Source of the DNA: Chiloscyllium plagiosum
Taxonomy: Eukaryota
Assembly (NCBI RefSeq): GCF_004010195.1
Contig: NC_057719.1
Span: 7,543,135-7,607,134, forward strand
Direction: 5' to 3'
Length of the DNA: 64,000 bases
Below, piece by piece: positions 40,582-53,211 of this stretch (its first letter is position 1; every line of letters starts with the position of its first letter). A program made the position numbers and the translations under genes. The notes below the pieces were generated by a model. That model was not told where the DNA came from, ran no database searches, and saw nothing but the letters and a program-made list of their open reading frames with translations.

Positions 40582-40877
40582 TGATTAGATTACTTACATT
40601 GTGGAAACAGGCCCTTCGGCCCAACAAGTCCACACCGACCCACCCAGACCCATTCCCTTACATTTACCCTTTCACCTAACACTACGGGCAATTTTAGCAT
40701 GGCCAATTCACCTAACCTGCACATCTTTGGACTGTGGAAGGAAATTGGAGCACTCGGAGGAAACCCACGCAGACACAGGGAGAACGTGCAAACTCCACAC
40801 AGACAGTTGCCCGAGGTGGGAATTGAACCCAGGTCTCTGGTGCGGTGAGGCAGCAGTGCTAACCACTGGACCACCGT
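40582..40877 (-). mobile_element. Full-length HE1-type SINE
   Basis: Head cacggtggtccagtggttagcactgctgcctcac, V-domain and tail. Confidence 0.9.
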
Positions 40878-41599
40878 GAGTTGCTGAACAAAGAGACCTA
40901 TGAAGCAGATGTATAGTTCCTTGTGGAAGAAAGTGGAGTCACAGGAAGACTGGATGGTTAAGAAGTTGTTTGACGTGCTTGCCTTCATTGTATGTGCATT
41001 GAGGATGGGAGTTATGATGTCATGTTGCATTCAGCCCGTTGTGCCTGCACCAGTTCTACTCCCTAGTGCCAATCTCCTGCCTTTTCCTCATTTCTCTGCA
41101 CAATATATCTATACAAATAACCATCCAATGCCTGTCTTGAAGGCCCCAGTTGACCCTGCCTTCCCTACGTTTCCAGTCAGTGTATTCCACACCCTAACTA
41201 CTTGCTATGTAAAAAAGATTTTTCTTGCATCACCCTTGTTTCATTTACACATTGCTTTAAAAGAATGAACAGAAATTTCATCCAACTAAACATTGGGAAA
41301 ACCAAAGCTATTGTCTTTACCCTTATCAAAACTATGTTGCTCTCCTTGGTAACTGTCTTGGGGTGAACCAGACATTTTAACCTTGTTGTTTTATTTGACC
41401 CTGACCTGAACTTCTGACTATATATCACACTCGTCACTAAGGCCAACTATTTGAAACTCTGTAACAGCTATGGCCCCTGTCTTCTGCTTCAGCTCATTTG
41501 CTGCTCACTGGATTATTTCAGCCTAGCTAATCTTCCTCCTTCTAATCCCCCCAAAATCTAAATAAAACAAAGGATTATTCTGAAAAAGATTCGTAGAAT

Positions 41600-42540
41600 T
41601 ATGGAGTTATACAGCATGGAAACAGACCCTTTGATCCAACTTCTCCATGCTGACCGGATTTCCTAAACAGATCTAGTCCCATTTGCCAGCATTTGGCCCA
41701 TATCCCTCTAATCCCATCCTATTCATGTACCCATCCAGATGCCTTTTAAATGTTGTAATTGTACCAGCCTCTACCACTGCCTCTGGCACCTCATTGCACA
41801 CACACACCACCCTTGTGTGAAAAAGTTGCCCCTTAGGTCCCTTTTAAATCTTCCCCTCTCACCTTAAATCTATGCCCTCTAGTTTAGGATTCCCTTACCT
41901 GGGAAAAAGACCTTGGCTATTCACCCTAACAATGCCTCACGTGATTTTATAAACCTGAATAAGGTCGCCCCTCAGCCTCCAACACTTCAGGGGTAAAAGC
42001 CCCAGCCTATTCAGCCTGTCCCTACAGCTGAAATCTTCCAAACCTGGCAACATCTTTTCTGAACCTTTTCAAGTTTAACAACATCATTCCTACAGCTGGG
42101 ACACCAGAATTGTATTCGAAAAGTGATCTTAATTAGTTCCTGTATAGCCGCAACACGACATCCTAACTCCTATCCTTAATGCACATACCAACGAAGGCAA
42201 GTGTGTCAAACAACTTCTCAACCACCCTGTCTTCCCGCGACTCCACTTTCAAGGAACTATGCATCTGCATCTTAGATCTCTTTGTTCAGCAACTCACCCC
42301 TCCCTCCAGGTCCTTACCATTAACTGTAAAAGCCCCACCTTGATTTGCCCTACAAAATGCAACACCTCGCATTTATCTAAATTAAACTCCATCTGCCACT
42401 GCTCTGCCCATTGGCCCATCTGATCAAGATCCTGTTGTAATCTGAAATAACCATCTTTAGTGCCACTACACCACCAATTTAGTATCATCTGCAAACTTAA
42501 AAATTATACTGTTTTCATTCATGTGCAAATCATTTACATA
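41600..42540 (-). mobile_element. CR1 RT-3' fragment
   Basis: WAEQWQMEFNLDKCEVLHF and a CR1 tail. Confidence 0.85.
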
Positions 42541-43124
42541 AATCACTGGATCCCTAAACATTAACTCTGCTTTCTCCCCACAGAAACCACCAGACCTGCT
42601 GAGTTTCTTCAGCAATTTCTGTTTTTGTTTTATCACTCAATTAACAGATAGGAACGGGGGACAGGAGCACGTTCTACTATTCTAGATGATGACTGATGCC
42701 ATGTTCTCCCACTATCTCAATAGACAGTGTCTGCTGACAGCCAGTGCTGGTTATAATTTTTGTAGCAAATATCTGGAGAACACAGAAACCAGAACTGCCC
42801 TTTGCAGTTATGTAAACTGCTTGAGCAGGCACAGTTCAATTGAGAGACTGTGTACGTGTGATGATTTTACCTGTATAACACCAATATGTGTGCAGTCAGG
42901 CCCTACATCATCAGGTAGATCTCTAATGATGTCATAAGCAAAAGAATCGCAGTCTGCTTCCTCTGCTAAATCATAGTCTCCTCTAAAATCATCATCCCTC
43001 TCTTACATCAAATCCCCCTCACTCCCTCATCACATCCCCTCTCTTCCCATCACATCACCCCCCCACCGCCCCCCCCACCCCCACCCTTTGCTTTTAAACC
43101 ACCATAAATGAAGACGAGGTTTAC

Positions 43125-43585
43125 AGTCTGGTGGTATCACTGGAATTGTTAATCCAGACACCCAGGTCATGTGCTGTGGACCTAGGTTTGATTCCCGCCA
43201 GGGCTGAAGGTGGAATTTGAATTTAATAATGAAGAGTCTAATGATAACAATAAAACCATTGTCAATTGTCAGGAAGCTTAAAAATGCTTATGCCCGAAAC
43301 GTCGATTCTCCTGTTTGTTTGATGCTGCCTGACCTGCTGCGCTTTGCCAGCAACACATTTTTAAGCTCTGATCTCCAGCATCTGCAGTCCTCACTTCCTC
43401 CTCAATTGTCGGGAAGGCCCATCTGGTTTACTAATAAAGGAAAACTGCTGTCCATACCCAATCTGGCCTTCATGTGACTCCAGACCCACAGCAATGTGGT
43501 TGACTCTTAACTGCCCTCTGGGCAATTAGGGATGGGTATTAAATGCAGGCCTAGCCAGTGATGCCCTCATCCTGTGAACAAATGT
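43125..43585 (+). mobile_element. tRNA-like SINE sharing its 3' tail with LINE family B; PLE insert at 43277-43401
   Basis: Homologous to 51782-52092 and 53955-54275; tail gggcaattagggatggg..taaatgc.ggcctagccag.gatgccc.catcctgtgaa. The insert is flanked by TCAATTGTCRGGAAG (43262-43276 and 43402-43416). Confidence 0.75.
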
Positions 43586-44829
43586 TAAAATATGCCCTAG
43601 TACCAGGGCACACATATGTGTGGTTTTTGAAGTGGCACATGATGGTATACGTGTGGTGTCAATAAACATCTCTACCTCCCTTGATGTAATTAGTCTCCAG
43701 AGAACTACTGGTTTCTGACTTGAACCTGGTCAATGATTGAATTTTGAAAACCTGGTGCAGTAGAGAATTCCACAGATTCACTACCTTGTGAGTATCCACC
43801 GTAACGTTCGTGTAAGAATGTTGTAAGATAAGATGTTTGTTGCCTGATATGGAGGGCTTATCTAATAAGGGGAGGTTGAGTAGATTGGGCCTGTATTCTT
43901 TGGATTATAGAGGAAGGAGAGGCATCCTTACTGACAAACAATATTTTTAGGGATCCTGACAGGGTAGATATGAAAAGGTTGTTTCCTTTTCTGGGAGAAT
44001 GTAGGGCTTGAGGGCATCATCCAAGAATAAAACGTCACACATTTAAGACAGAGATGAGGAGGAATTCCTTCTCTCAGAGGGGAGTGAATCTGTGGAGGAT
44101 AGTCAAAGCTAGATCATTAAGTATATTCAAAGTTGAGATAGATTTTTAATCAGTAAAGGAATCAAGGGTCATGGGGAAAAGGCAGAAAAGTGGAACTGAG
44201 GACTATCAGATCAGGCATGATCTCATTGAAAGGCAGAGTGCACTTGTTGGGCCAAAGGCCTCCATCACTCCAGTGTCTCCTGGTCTTACTGTAAGGCTGA
44301 TTCTGTGAAAACATTGGCTGAAGAATTTCCTGCATTACAACATTGATGACATTTTGAACACACTTTACCTGGCTGCAGAGCACAATGGGGAGATCTGGAG
44401 ATTGTGAATGGCACTCTACAAACACAGGCATTTGGTATTCTGTTTACAGTCTTGTTAGCCGGTCTGTAAAGTTGGATGGCTTTTGTGGATTGGCATCACT
44501 TCACCAGCTGGTATTGCAACAGACCCTTTGCAGTGTTGTGAAAAACGTTGCTTGCAGAGATTGGTTTGCACAGTTTGTTGAATTTGTAACACTGGCCGAA
44601 TCACAGAAAGCTGCAGTCTTATGCCACAGGTGCAATATCATCATAAAACACACTTGAAACCACTTGGGTCTCTGCTATTTTCAGCCACCTACGCAACAGA
44701 TTTGTGTAGGTGTTACAGTAAATTGTAAATCAGGTTCAAATTAAAGGCAGTGAAAATGGTTGCCTGTGAATACAATCATAAAAGTTTGGAAAGACTAAGA
44801 TTGTCCACACTCCAGAGAATAGCAGATCA

Positions 44830-45545
44830 TCATAAGGACATAAGAACTAGGAGCAGGAGTAGACCATCTGGCCCTTTGAGCCTGCTCCACCATTCAATAA
44901 GATCAAAGCTAATCTTCTCGTGGCCTCAGCTTCACTTACCCGCCCTCTCACCACTACCCTTAATTCCTTTACTGTTCAAAACATTATCTATCTTAGCTTT
45001 AAAAACATGCAATGAGGAAGCCTCAACTCCTTCACTGAGCAACCCTCTGGGTGAAGAGATTCCTTCTCAATTCAGTCCTAAATCTGCTCCCCCTAACCTT
45101 GAAACTATGCCCTCTTGTCCTAGTTTCACACGCTAGTGGAAACATCCTCTATTCCCTTCATAATTTTATATGTTTCTTTTATAAGATTCCCCCTCATTCT
45201 TCTAAATTCCAATGAATATAATCCCAGTCTACTCCCTTCCTCCTCATAAGCCAACCCAATCCAGAGGCAACCTAGTGAACCTCCTCTGCACCCCCTCTAG
45301 TGCTAGTACATCCTTTCTCAAGTAAGGGGACCAAAACTTCACGCAGTACTCCAGGTGTGGCCTCACCAGCACCCTATAGATAACCTCCCAGATTTTAAAC
45401 TCAATTCCTTTACAATGAAGGACAGAATTCCATTTACCTTCTTAATTACCTGTTGCAGCTGAAGACTAACTTTCTATGATTCATGTACAAGGAAACCCAG
45501 GTCCCTCTGAACAACAGCACGCTGCAATTTTTTTACTGTTCAAAT
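44830..45545 (-). mobile_element. CR1 3' fragment
   Basis: cataag tail repeats and a reverse-complement [13 protein letters not shown] region. Confidence 0.8.
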
Positions 45546-47029
45546 AATCGTCATTCAGAAACTGAGATTGATGTATTTTTGGTCACGAATCATGAAATAT
45601 GTGGATAGGATGAGAAAATGGATTTGAGACAGAGCTAAGTGCTGTTCTGATTAAATATCAGAGAAGGCTTGATGGGCAGAATGGCCTACCTGTTTTTATT
45701 TCCTAGTCAGCAATGTGTGATGCCAAAAACAACTTGTATTTCTATAGTTCCCTCAGTGCAGCAAACCGTCCCAAGAGACACACTTTTGACACAGAGCCAC
45801 AAAAGGAGGCATTAGTAGAAACAAAAGCAGAAATTGCTGGAAAAAATCAGCAGATCTGGCAGCATCTGTGGAAAAAAAACAGAGTTAAAATTCTTCAGAA
45901 CACTACCAGACTTGTGTCTTTTTTTCAGCAATTTCTGTTTTTGATTCTGATTTCCAGCAGCTGCAGGTTTTTTTTGTTAAGGTATTAGCAGAGGTGGTTG
46001 GAAGCATAACGGCTCAGTGTGAAGTATTAGCTTTAAGGAAGAGAGTGATAAAGAGACAGGGTGACTTATGGAGAAACATAGAATATTTGTGGCACACAGA
46101 GAGAAGTTCTTTTATGTCTTGTCCCATCTGAAAATTAACTATTCATTTCAGTTCTACTTTTCCAAATCTTGGTCCACAACCTTGTGAATTTGTACAAACA
46201 TACAAATTAGGAACAGGAGGGGCCCTTGAACCTGTCCCCAATCAACAAAATCATGGCTGATTACTTCACAATCAGCTTCGATAATCTTGTTTGTTAGGAA
46301 TCTGTTCACCTCTGCCTTAACAAGATTACAGGCTCTGCTTCCATCAACATTTGAGGAAGAGAGCTCCAAAGACTCTCAAACGTCAGTAAGGAAAGAATTT
46401 CTCTTTAATCTGTCTTAAGTGTGAAACCCTTTATTTGTAAACAGTGACCTCTAGTTCTACATTCTCTCACAAGAGGAACTATCCTTCCCATGTCTCCCCT
46501 GTTAAGACCTGTCAGGATTTTACCTTTCAATTCTTTACTACAGAGTGATGTCGATCGTGGATTGTTAAGTATATTCATGGCTGACATTGAGAGATTTTTA
46601 ATCAGTAAGGGAATCAAGGCTTATAGCAAAAAGGCAGGAAAGAGGATTTGAGGCTTACCAAGCAATCCATGTTCAAATGCAACAGGTTCTGGACAATATT
46701 CAGGCTTGGGGTGATAAGTGGCATGTAAGCCAAACAAAGACCAGGGAATGACCATCTAACCACCGGCCCTTGACATTCAATGACATTCATCACTGAATCC
46801 CCTACTATCAACATCCTTGGAGTTAACATTGACCAGAAACTTGCCATATAAACACAATGGCTACAAGAGCAGGTCAGAGGCTAGGGTAGTCTGGTAAGTA
46901 ACTCACCTTCTGACTCCACAAAGCCCATCTGCCAGCCACAAGGCACAAGTCAGGAATGCGATGGAATACTTTCCACTTGCCTGAATGAGTGCAGCTCAAA
47001 CAACATTCAACATTTGGAAATGAATGGTC

Positions 47030-49437
47030 TTGTTTGGAAACGAATAGGCAGCATGGGTTTATGTGGGGAAGGACATGTCCCACCAACTTGATTGAAATTT
47101 TTGACAAGGTGACAATAATGATTGATGAGAGAAAGGCAGAGGATGTTGTTCACATGGACTTCAGCAAGGCATTTGATAAGGTACCTCATGACAGGCTGGT
47201 ACAGAAATAGAGTTTCATGGGATCAGGCGTGAGCTGGCTACATTGGGACAAACTCATTTGGTCATAGAATACAGAGAGTAGCAGTGGAAAGGTACTTCTC
47301 TGTATGAAGATCAATAATTAGTGGTGTTCCACATGGATCAGTGCTGGGACCTTTGTTGTGTGTAATATATAAATGATCTGGAGGAAAATGTAGGTGGTCT
47401 GATTAGTAAGTTTGCAGATGACATCAAAATTGGCAGAGTTGCAGGTAGTGAGGAAGATTGTCAAAGGATGCAGCGGGATACAGATAGATTGCAGATGTGG
47501 ATAGAGAAATGGCAGGTGGAGTTTAATCTGGACAAATGCAAGATGATGCATTTTGGAAGATCGAATTCAGGTACGAATTATACAATAAATGGCAGAACCC
47601 TTAGAAGCATTGGTAAACAGAGGAATCTGGCATACAAGACCACAGATTCCTGGAAGTGGCAACGCAGGTGAATAAGGTGGACAAGAAGGCATACAGCACA
47701 CTTGCCTTCATTGGCCTGGGCATCAAATATAAAAGATGGCAAGTTATATTACATGTGTATAAAACTCTAGTTAGAGCATATTTGGAATATTGTGTGCAGT
47801 TCTGGTTGCCACACTACCAGAAGGACATTGATGCTTTGGAGAGGGTGCAGAGAAGGTTTACCAGGATGTTGCCTGGTGTGGAAGGTTTTAATTATGAGGA
47901 GAGGTTGTATAGACTTGAATTGTTGTCACTGGAAAGACAGGGGCTGAGAGGCGACCTGATAGAGTTCTACAAAATCATGAGAGATGTAGATAAGTTATGT
48001 AGTCAGAGGCTTTTTCCCAGGATGAAAGGTCAACTACAAGAGAGCTCAGGTTCAAGGTGAGAGGGGCAAGGTTTAGGGGAGCAATGTGGGGAAAAGTTTT
48101 CACACCGAAGGTGATGTGTGCCTGGAATGTATTGCCAGTGGAGGTGGTGGAAGCAGGCAGATTAGCAACATTTACGGTATAGCTTGACAGACATGAACAG
48201 GCGGTGAACAGAGGGCTCGAAACTGCGAATGGGCAATAAGTAGTGGGTCTAAATAAAGATTGGGAATTGGCACAGGCTTGGTGGGCCAAAGGGCCTGCTC
48301 CTGTGCTGTATTGTATTGCACTGTAGGCTGATCCAGACGATCAAATCACAGCCAGTGAGTTAGAAAATTGGATACAAATTTAGCTTGGCCATAGAACATA
48401 AAAGGTAGTTGTGGAAGGGTATTTTTGTGATTGGAGGTCTGCGACCAGTCGTATTTCTCAAGGATCGGTGCTGAGACCTCTGTTGTTTGTGATATAAATA
48501 AACAATTTACATGAAAATGTTGGTGTTATGATTAGTAGGTTTGCAGATGACGTGAAAATAGGTGGAGTTGTAGATAGTGAGGAGGAATATCAAAGGATGC
48601 AGCAGAATATAGAGCAGCCGGAAAGTTGGGCTGAGAAATGGCAGATGGAGTTTAATCCGGACAAGTGTGATGTAATGCACTTTGAGAGGTCAAATGTAAG
48701 ATGCAAGCATACAGTAAATGGTTGCACCCTTAAGGGTTTGATATAGAGACGGATGTTGTAGTCCAAGTCCATTGCTCCATGAAAGTGGCAACACAACTGG
48801 ATAAGGTGGTAAAGAATGTATACAGCATGTTGCCTTCTTTGGTCCGGACCTTAATAAAAGAAGTTGGCAGGTCATGTTGTACTTTATGAGAATTTGGTCA
48901 GGCCACACTTGAAGTACTGAGAACAGTTCTGGTTGCCACACTATAGGAAGGATGTGGAAGCTTTGGAGAATGCGCAGAAGAGGTTTACCAGTATGTTGCC
49001 TGGATTGAAGTGTATTAGCTACAAGGAGAGGTTGGATAAACTTGGATTGTTTCAGCTAGAGCCACTGAGGCTGAGAGGCGACCTGAAAGGAATATATAAA
49101 ATTATGAGTGGCGTGGATTGAGGGATTGTTGGAATCTCTTTTCCAGCTTGGAAATACCAGGGTACATAGGTTTAAGGTGAGACGGGAAAAGTTTAAGGGA
49201 GATGTGCGGGGAAAAGTTCTTACACAGATGGTGGTAGGTAGCTGGAATGCACTGTCGGGGAGGTGGTAGAAACAGATATGAAAGCAAAGCTTGGGAGACA
49301 TTTAGACAGACACATAAACAGGCAGAGAATACAGGGATACGGACCACGTGCAGGCAGATGGGAAATTAGTTTAAAATAGTATTATGGTTGACATGGACAT
49401 GGCTGGCCAAAGGGCCTATTCTTGTGCTGTACTGTTT
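47030..49437 (+). mobile_element. Two tandem decayed CR1 RT-3' copies (about 47030-48320 and 48350-49437)
   Basis: [47 protein letters not shown]. Confidence 0.88.
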
Positions 49438-49881
49438 TAAATCCACTAATCTGGTAAATCCTCCTTGACTGGCTTCCAACATCCTTCAACAGTTCAAGTG
49501 CAGCATGTCTAATTATACAATCTAATTATTTTAAACGTAATGAAGGTTTCTGCCTTTGCTATTCAAACTCCACACTTGTGCCTTGTAGACGGTGGACAGG
49601 CTTTGGGGAGTCAGGGGTGAGTCCAGCAGTATTCCTAGTGACTGCCTGTTCTTTTAGCTACTTATTTGTTATTATTTTAATTAATCTGCTCTGACATGTT
49701 AGAATTAGAATTAGGTTTATTGTCACATATACTCAAGTTGAGTGATACATGAGTACAGTGAAAAGTGTACAAATTTGCCATTTCCTGTGCCGTCTTAGGT
49801 AAAAAGATACCTAGGTACGAAATCCTAGATATAAATTTAAATAAATAATACTAAAGGTTCACATTACAGTCTTTCTAAAGC

Positions 49882-50359
49882 AGGGAGACCGTGCTGGGCT
49901 TGCTCGAGGCTGAGAGTCTGCGCTGAGCTTCCTCGAGGCTGGGAGTCCACTTTGGGCTTCCTCGAGGCTGAGAGTCCACACTGGGCATCTTTGAGGCTGA
50001 GAGTCCGCGCTGGGCTTCCTCAAGGCTGAGAGTCTGCACTGGGCTTCCTTGAGGCTGAGAGTCCGTGCTGGGCTTCCTCAAGGCTGAGAGTCTGCACTGG
50101 GCTTCCTTGAGGCTGAGAGTCCGTGCTGGGCTTCCTTGAGGCTGAGAGTCCGTGCTGGGCTTCCTTGAGGCTGAGAGTCCGTGCTGGGCTTCCTCGAGGC
50201 TGAGAGTCCACGCTGGGCATCCTCAAGGCTGAGAGTCCGCGCTGGGCTTCCTCAAGGCTGAGAGTCCATGGTGGGCTTCCTCGAGACTTGGAGTCTGCGC
50301 TGGGCTTCCTTGAGGCTGGGAGTCCGTGCTGGGCTTCCTCGAGGCTGGGAGTCTACGCT
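49882..50359. repeat. 29-bp minisatellite, array 1 (about 16 units)
   Basis: Unit approximately GGGCTTCCTYRAGGCTGAGAGTCCGTGCT. Confidence 0.95.
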
Positions 50360-50881
50360 GTATTATGGTTGTAAAATAGTATTATGGTTGACATGGACAT
50401 GGCTGGTCAAAGGGCCTATTCTTGTGCTGTACTGTTTTAAATCCACTAATCTGGTAAATCCTCCTTGACTGGCTTCCAACATCCTTCAACAGTTCAAGAG
50501 CAGCATGTCTAATTATACAATCTAATTATTTTAAACGTAATGAAGGTTTCTGCCTTTGCTACTCAAACTCCACACTTGTGCCTTGTAGACGGTGGACAGG
50601 CTTTGGGGAGTCAGGGGTGAGTCCAGCAGTATTCCTAGTGACTGCCTGTTCTTTTAGCTACTTATTTGTTATTATTTTAATTAATCTGCTCTGACATGTT
50701 AGTATTAGAATTAGGTTTATTGTCACATATACTCAAGTTGAGTGATACGTGAGTACAGTGAAAAGTGTACAAATTTGCCATTTCCTGTGCCATCTTAGGT
50801 AAAAAGATACCTAGGTACAAAATCCTAGATATAAATTTAAAGAAATAATACTAAAGGTTCACATTACAGTCTTTCTAAAGC

Positions 50882-51560
50882 AGGGAGTCTGCACTGGGCT
50901 TCCTCAAGGCTGGGAGTCTGTACTGGGCTTCCTCGAGGCTGGGAGTCTGTACTGGGCTTCCTCGAGGCTGGGAGTCCACGCTGGGCTTCCTTGAGGCTGG
51001 GTGTCCACATTGGGCTTCCTTGAGGCTGGGAGTCTGTACTGGGATTCCTCGTGGCTGGGAGTCTGTGCTGGGCTTCATCAAGGCTGGGAGTCTGTGCTTT
51101 GCTTCATCGAGGCTGGGAGTCTGGGCTGGGCTTCCTCGAGGCTGGAAGTCCACATTGGGCTTCCTTGAGACTGGGAGTCCACACTGGGCTACCTCGAGGC
51201 TGGGGGTCTGTACTGGGCTTCCTCGAGGCTGGGAGTCTGCGCTGGGCTTCCTCGAGGCTGGAAATCCACATTGGGCTTCCTCGAGGCTGGGTGTCCATAT
51301 TGGGCTTCCTCGAGGCTGGGAGTCCGTACTGGGCTTCCTCGAGGCTGGGATTCCGCGCTGGGCTTCCTCGAGGCTGGGAGTTCGCGCGGGGCTTCCTTGA
51401 GGCTGAGAGTCCGTACTGGGCTTCCTCGAGGCTGGGAGTCCACTCTGGGCTTCCTCGAGTCTGGGAGTCCATGCTGAGCTTCCTCGAGGCTGGGAGTCAA
51501 CTCTTGGCTTCCTTGGGGCTGGGAGTCCATGCTGGGCTTCTTCAAAGCCGAGAGTCTCTG
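50882..51560. repeat. 29-bp minisatellite, array 2 (about 23 units)
   Basis: gggctt recurs at 50896, 50925, 50954 and 50983; unit approximately GGGCTTCCTCGAGGCTGGGAGTCYRYRCT. Confidence 0.95.
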
Positions 51561-51781
51561 GAGTGCATGCTGGCTCAACTCTCCACCACTGATGCCATCC
51601 AAGGAATGTAGAGAGAAAAAGAAAGAAAAAGAAAAACAAACAAAAAGAGAATAAGGAAGAAAAGAAATTGACTTAGATGCCTATTCCACTGCCATCTTTA
51701 AGGGGTTGCTAATAGGTGTGAAAGAGAAATAGAGATGCAGAATGGGTGTAAATTGAGGTGTTAAGATTAAAATGCAATAAG

Positions 51782-52092
51782 GGGACGTGATGGCCTAGTG
51801 GTATTATTGCTAGCCAATTGATTCTATTACCTAGGTCATGTTCTGGGGACCTGGGCTTGAAACCTGCCGTGGTGAATGGTGGAACTAGAATTCAATGAAA
51901 ATCTGGAATTAAAAGTCTAATGACGTTGATTGTCACAACAAAAACTCATCTGGTTCACTAACGTCCTTTAGGGAAGGAAATCTGCCATCCTTACCTGGTC
52001 TGGCCTACATGTGACTCTAGACCCACAGCAACGTGGGTAAGTATGGGCAATGAATGCTGGCCTATCCAGCCATGCCCCCATCCTGTGAATAG
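51782..52092 (+). mobile_element. tRNA-like SINE (family with LINE-B tail)
   Basis: gtgatggcctagtggtatt...gggcttgaaacctgcc...gggcaatgaatgctggcc...catcctgtgaat. Confidence 0.75.
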
Positions 52093-52204
52093 GTTTTTTA
52101 AAGCCCCAATGAGGAGAGGGATGGACCATGATTTGTTTGACCTCTTATCTGATTTCTCATATCCTCTTACTTAACCTCTTATCTCATAACTAATGAACTG
52201 ATAA

Positions 52205-53211
52205 TTGAGGGTTAGGGTGTAGGTTTGCTTGCTGAGCTGTAGGTTTGATATCCAGACGTTTCATTACCTGGCTAGGTAACATCATCAGTGGCCATCTCCA
52301 AGTGAAGCAAAGCTGTTGTCTCCTGCTTTCTATTTATATGTTTGTCCTGGATGGGGTTCCTGGGGTTTGGGGTGATGTCATTTCCTGTTCATTTTCTGAG
52401 GGGTTGATAGATGGTATCTAGATCTATGTGTTTGTTTCAACGTATTCAAGAAGAATGGATACTCTAAAAATGCAGTCCGCAGATTCCTCAAGAACAAACC
52501 ACGACAAGCAAACCAAACACAGCCAGAAACCCTAACCACCTTACCATACATCAAAGAAGTTTCAGAAATTACAGTCAGACTACTAAGACCCCTCAGAATC
52601 CTAGTAGCCCACTAACACTCTCAAACAAAAACTAACAAACTTAAAAGACCCAGTACAACCCATGGACAAAACCAACGTCATCTACAAAATTCCATGCAAG
52701 GACTGCCACAAACACTACGTAGGACAAACAGGAAGAAAGTTAGCCACCAGGATACACGAACACCAGCTAGCCACAAAAAGACATGACCCTCTCTCCCTTA
52801 TAGAGATGCAGAATGGGTGTAAATTGAGGTGTTAAGATTAAAATGCAATAAACCACCATTTCGACTGGGACAACACATCTATCCTGGGACAGGCTAAGCA
52901 AAGACATGCCAGAGAATTCCCAGAGACCTGGCACTCCAACCACAACGCCATAAACAAACACATAGATCTAGATGCCATCTATCAACCCCTCAGAAAATGA
53001 ACAGGAAATGACATCACCCCAAATCCCAGGAACCCCATCCAGGACAAACATATAAATAGAAAGCAGGAGACAATAGCTTCGCTTCACTTGGAGGTCGCCA
53101 CTGATGTGTTACCTAGCCAGGTAATGAAACGTCTGGATATCAAACCTAAGCTCTGCGAGCAAACCTACACCCTAAACCTCAACCTGAGCTATAAACCTTC
53201 ACCAACATTGC
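52205..53211 (+). mobile_element. Poseidon-type Penelope element, 5'-truncated, with inverted 5' pseudo-LTR
   Basis: Hand translation gives TLPYIKEVSE, TNVIYKIPCKDCHKHYVGQTGRKLATRIHEH, HHFDWDNTSIL and NAINKHIDLDAIY. 52205-52437 is the reverse complement of 52952-53182. AACTGATAATTGA is duplicated at 52196-52208 and 53212-53224. Confidence 0.92.
52252..52291 (-). ncRNA. Minimal type-I hammerhead ribozyme motif
   Basis: Minus strand reads cca CTGATGA t gttacc tagcca ggtaat GAAA cg TC tgg. The sister copy at 53098-53136 (+) lacks the core A9. Confidence 0.78.

Larger units (their letters stand above)
49372..51560 (+). repeat. Tandem duplication with 1000-bp offset (49372-49881 vs 50372-50881), each copy followed by a minisatellite
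   Basis: The lines from 49381 and 50381 are near-identical for about 510 bp; I counted about 8 substitutions. Confidence 0.95.

Noticed and set aside
49882..51560. CRISPR-like appearance (29-bp repeat with palindromic CCTCGAGG core)
   Set aside because: Units are head-to-tail with no unique spacers, there are no cas genes, and the context is a vertebrate genome.
49875..51639. Long repetitive ORFs (up to 254 aa) over the 29-bp arrays
   Set aside because: They are by-products of a stop-poor 29-bp unit cycling through frames on both strands, with no splice or promoter context.
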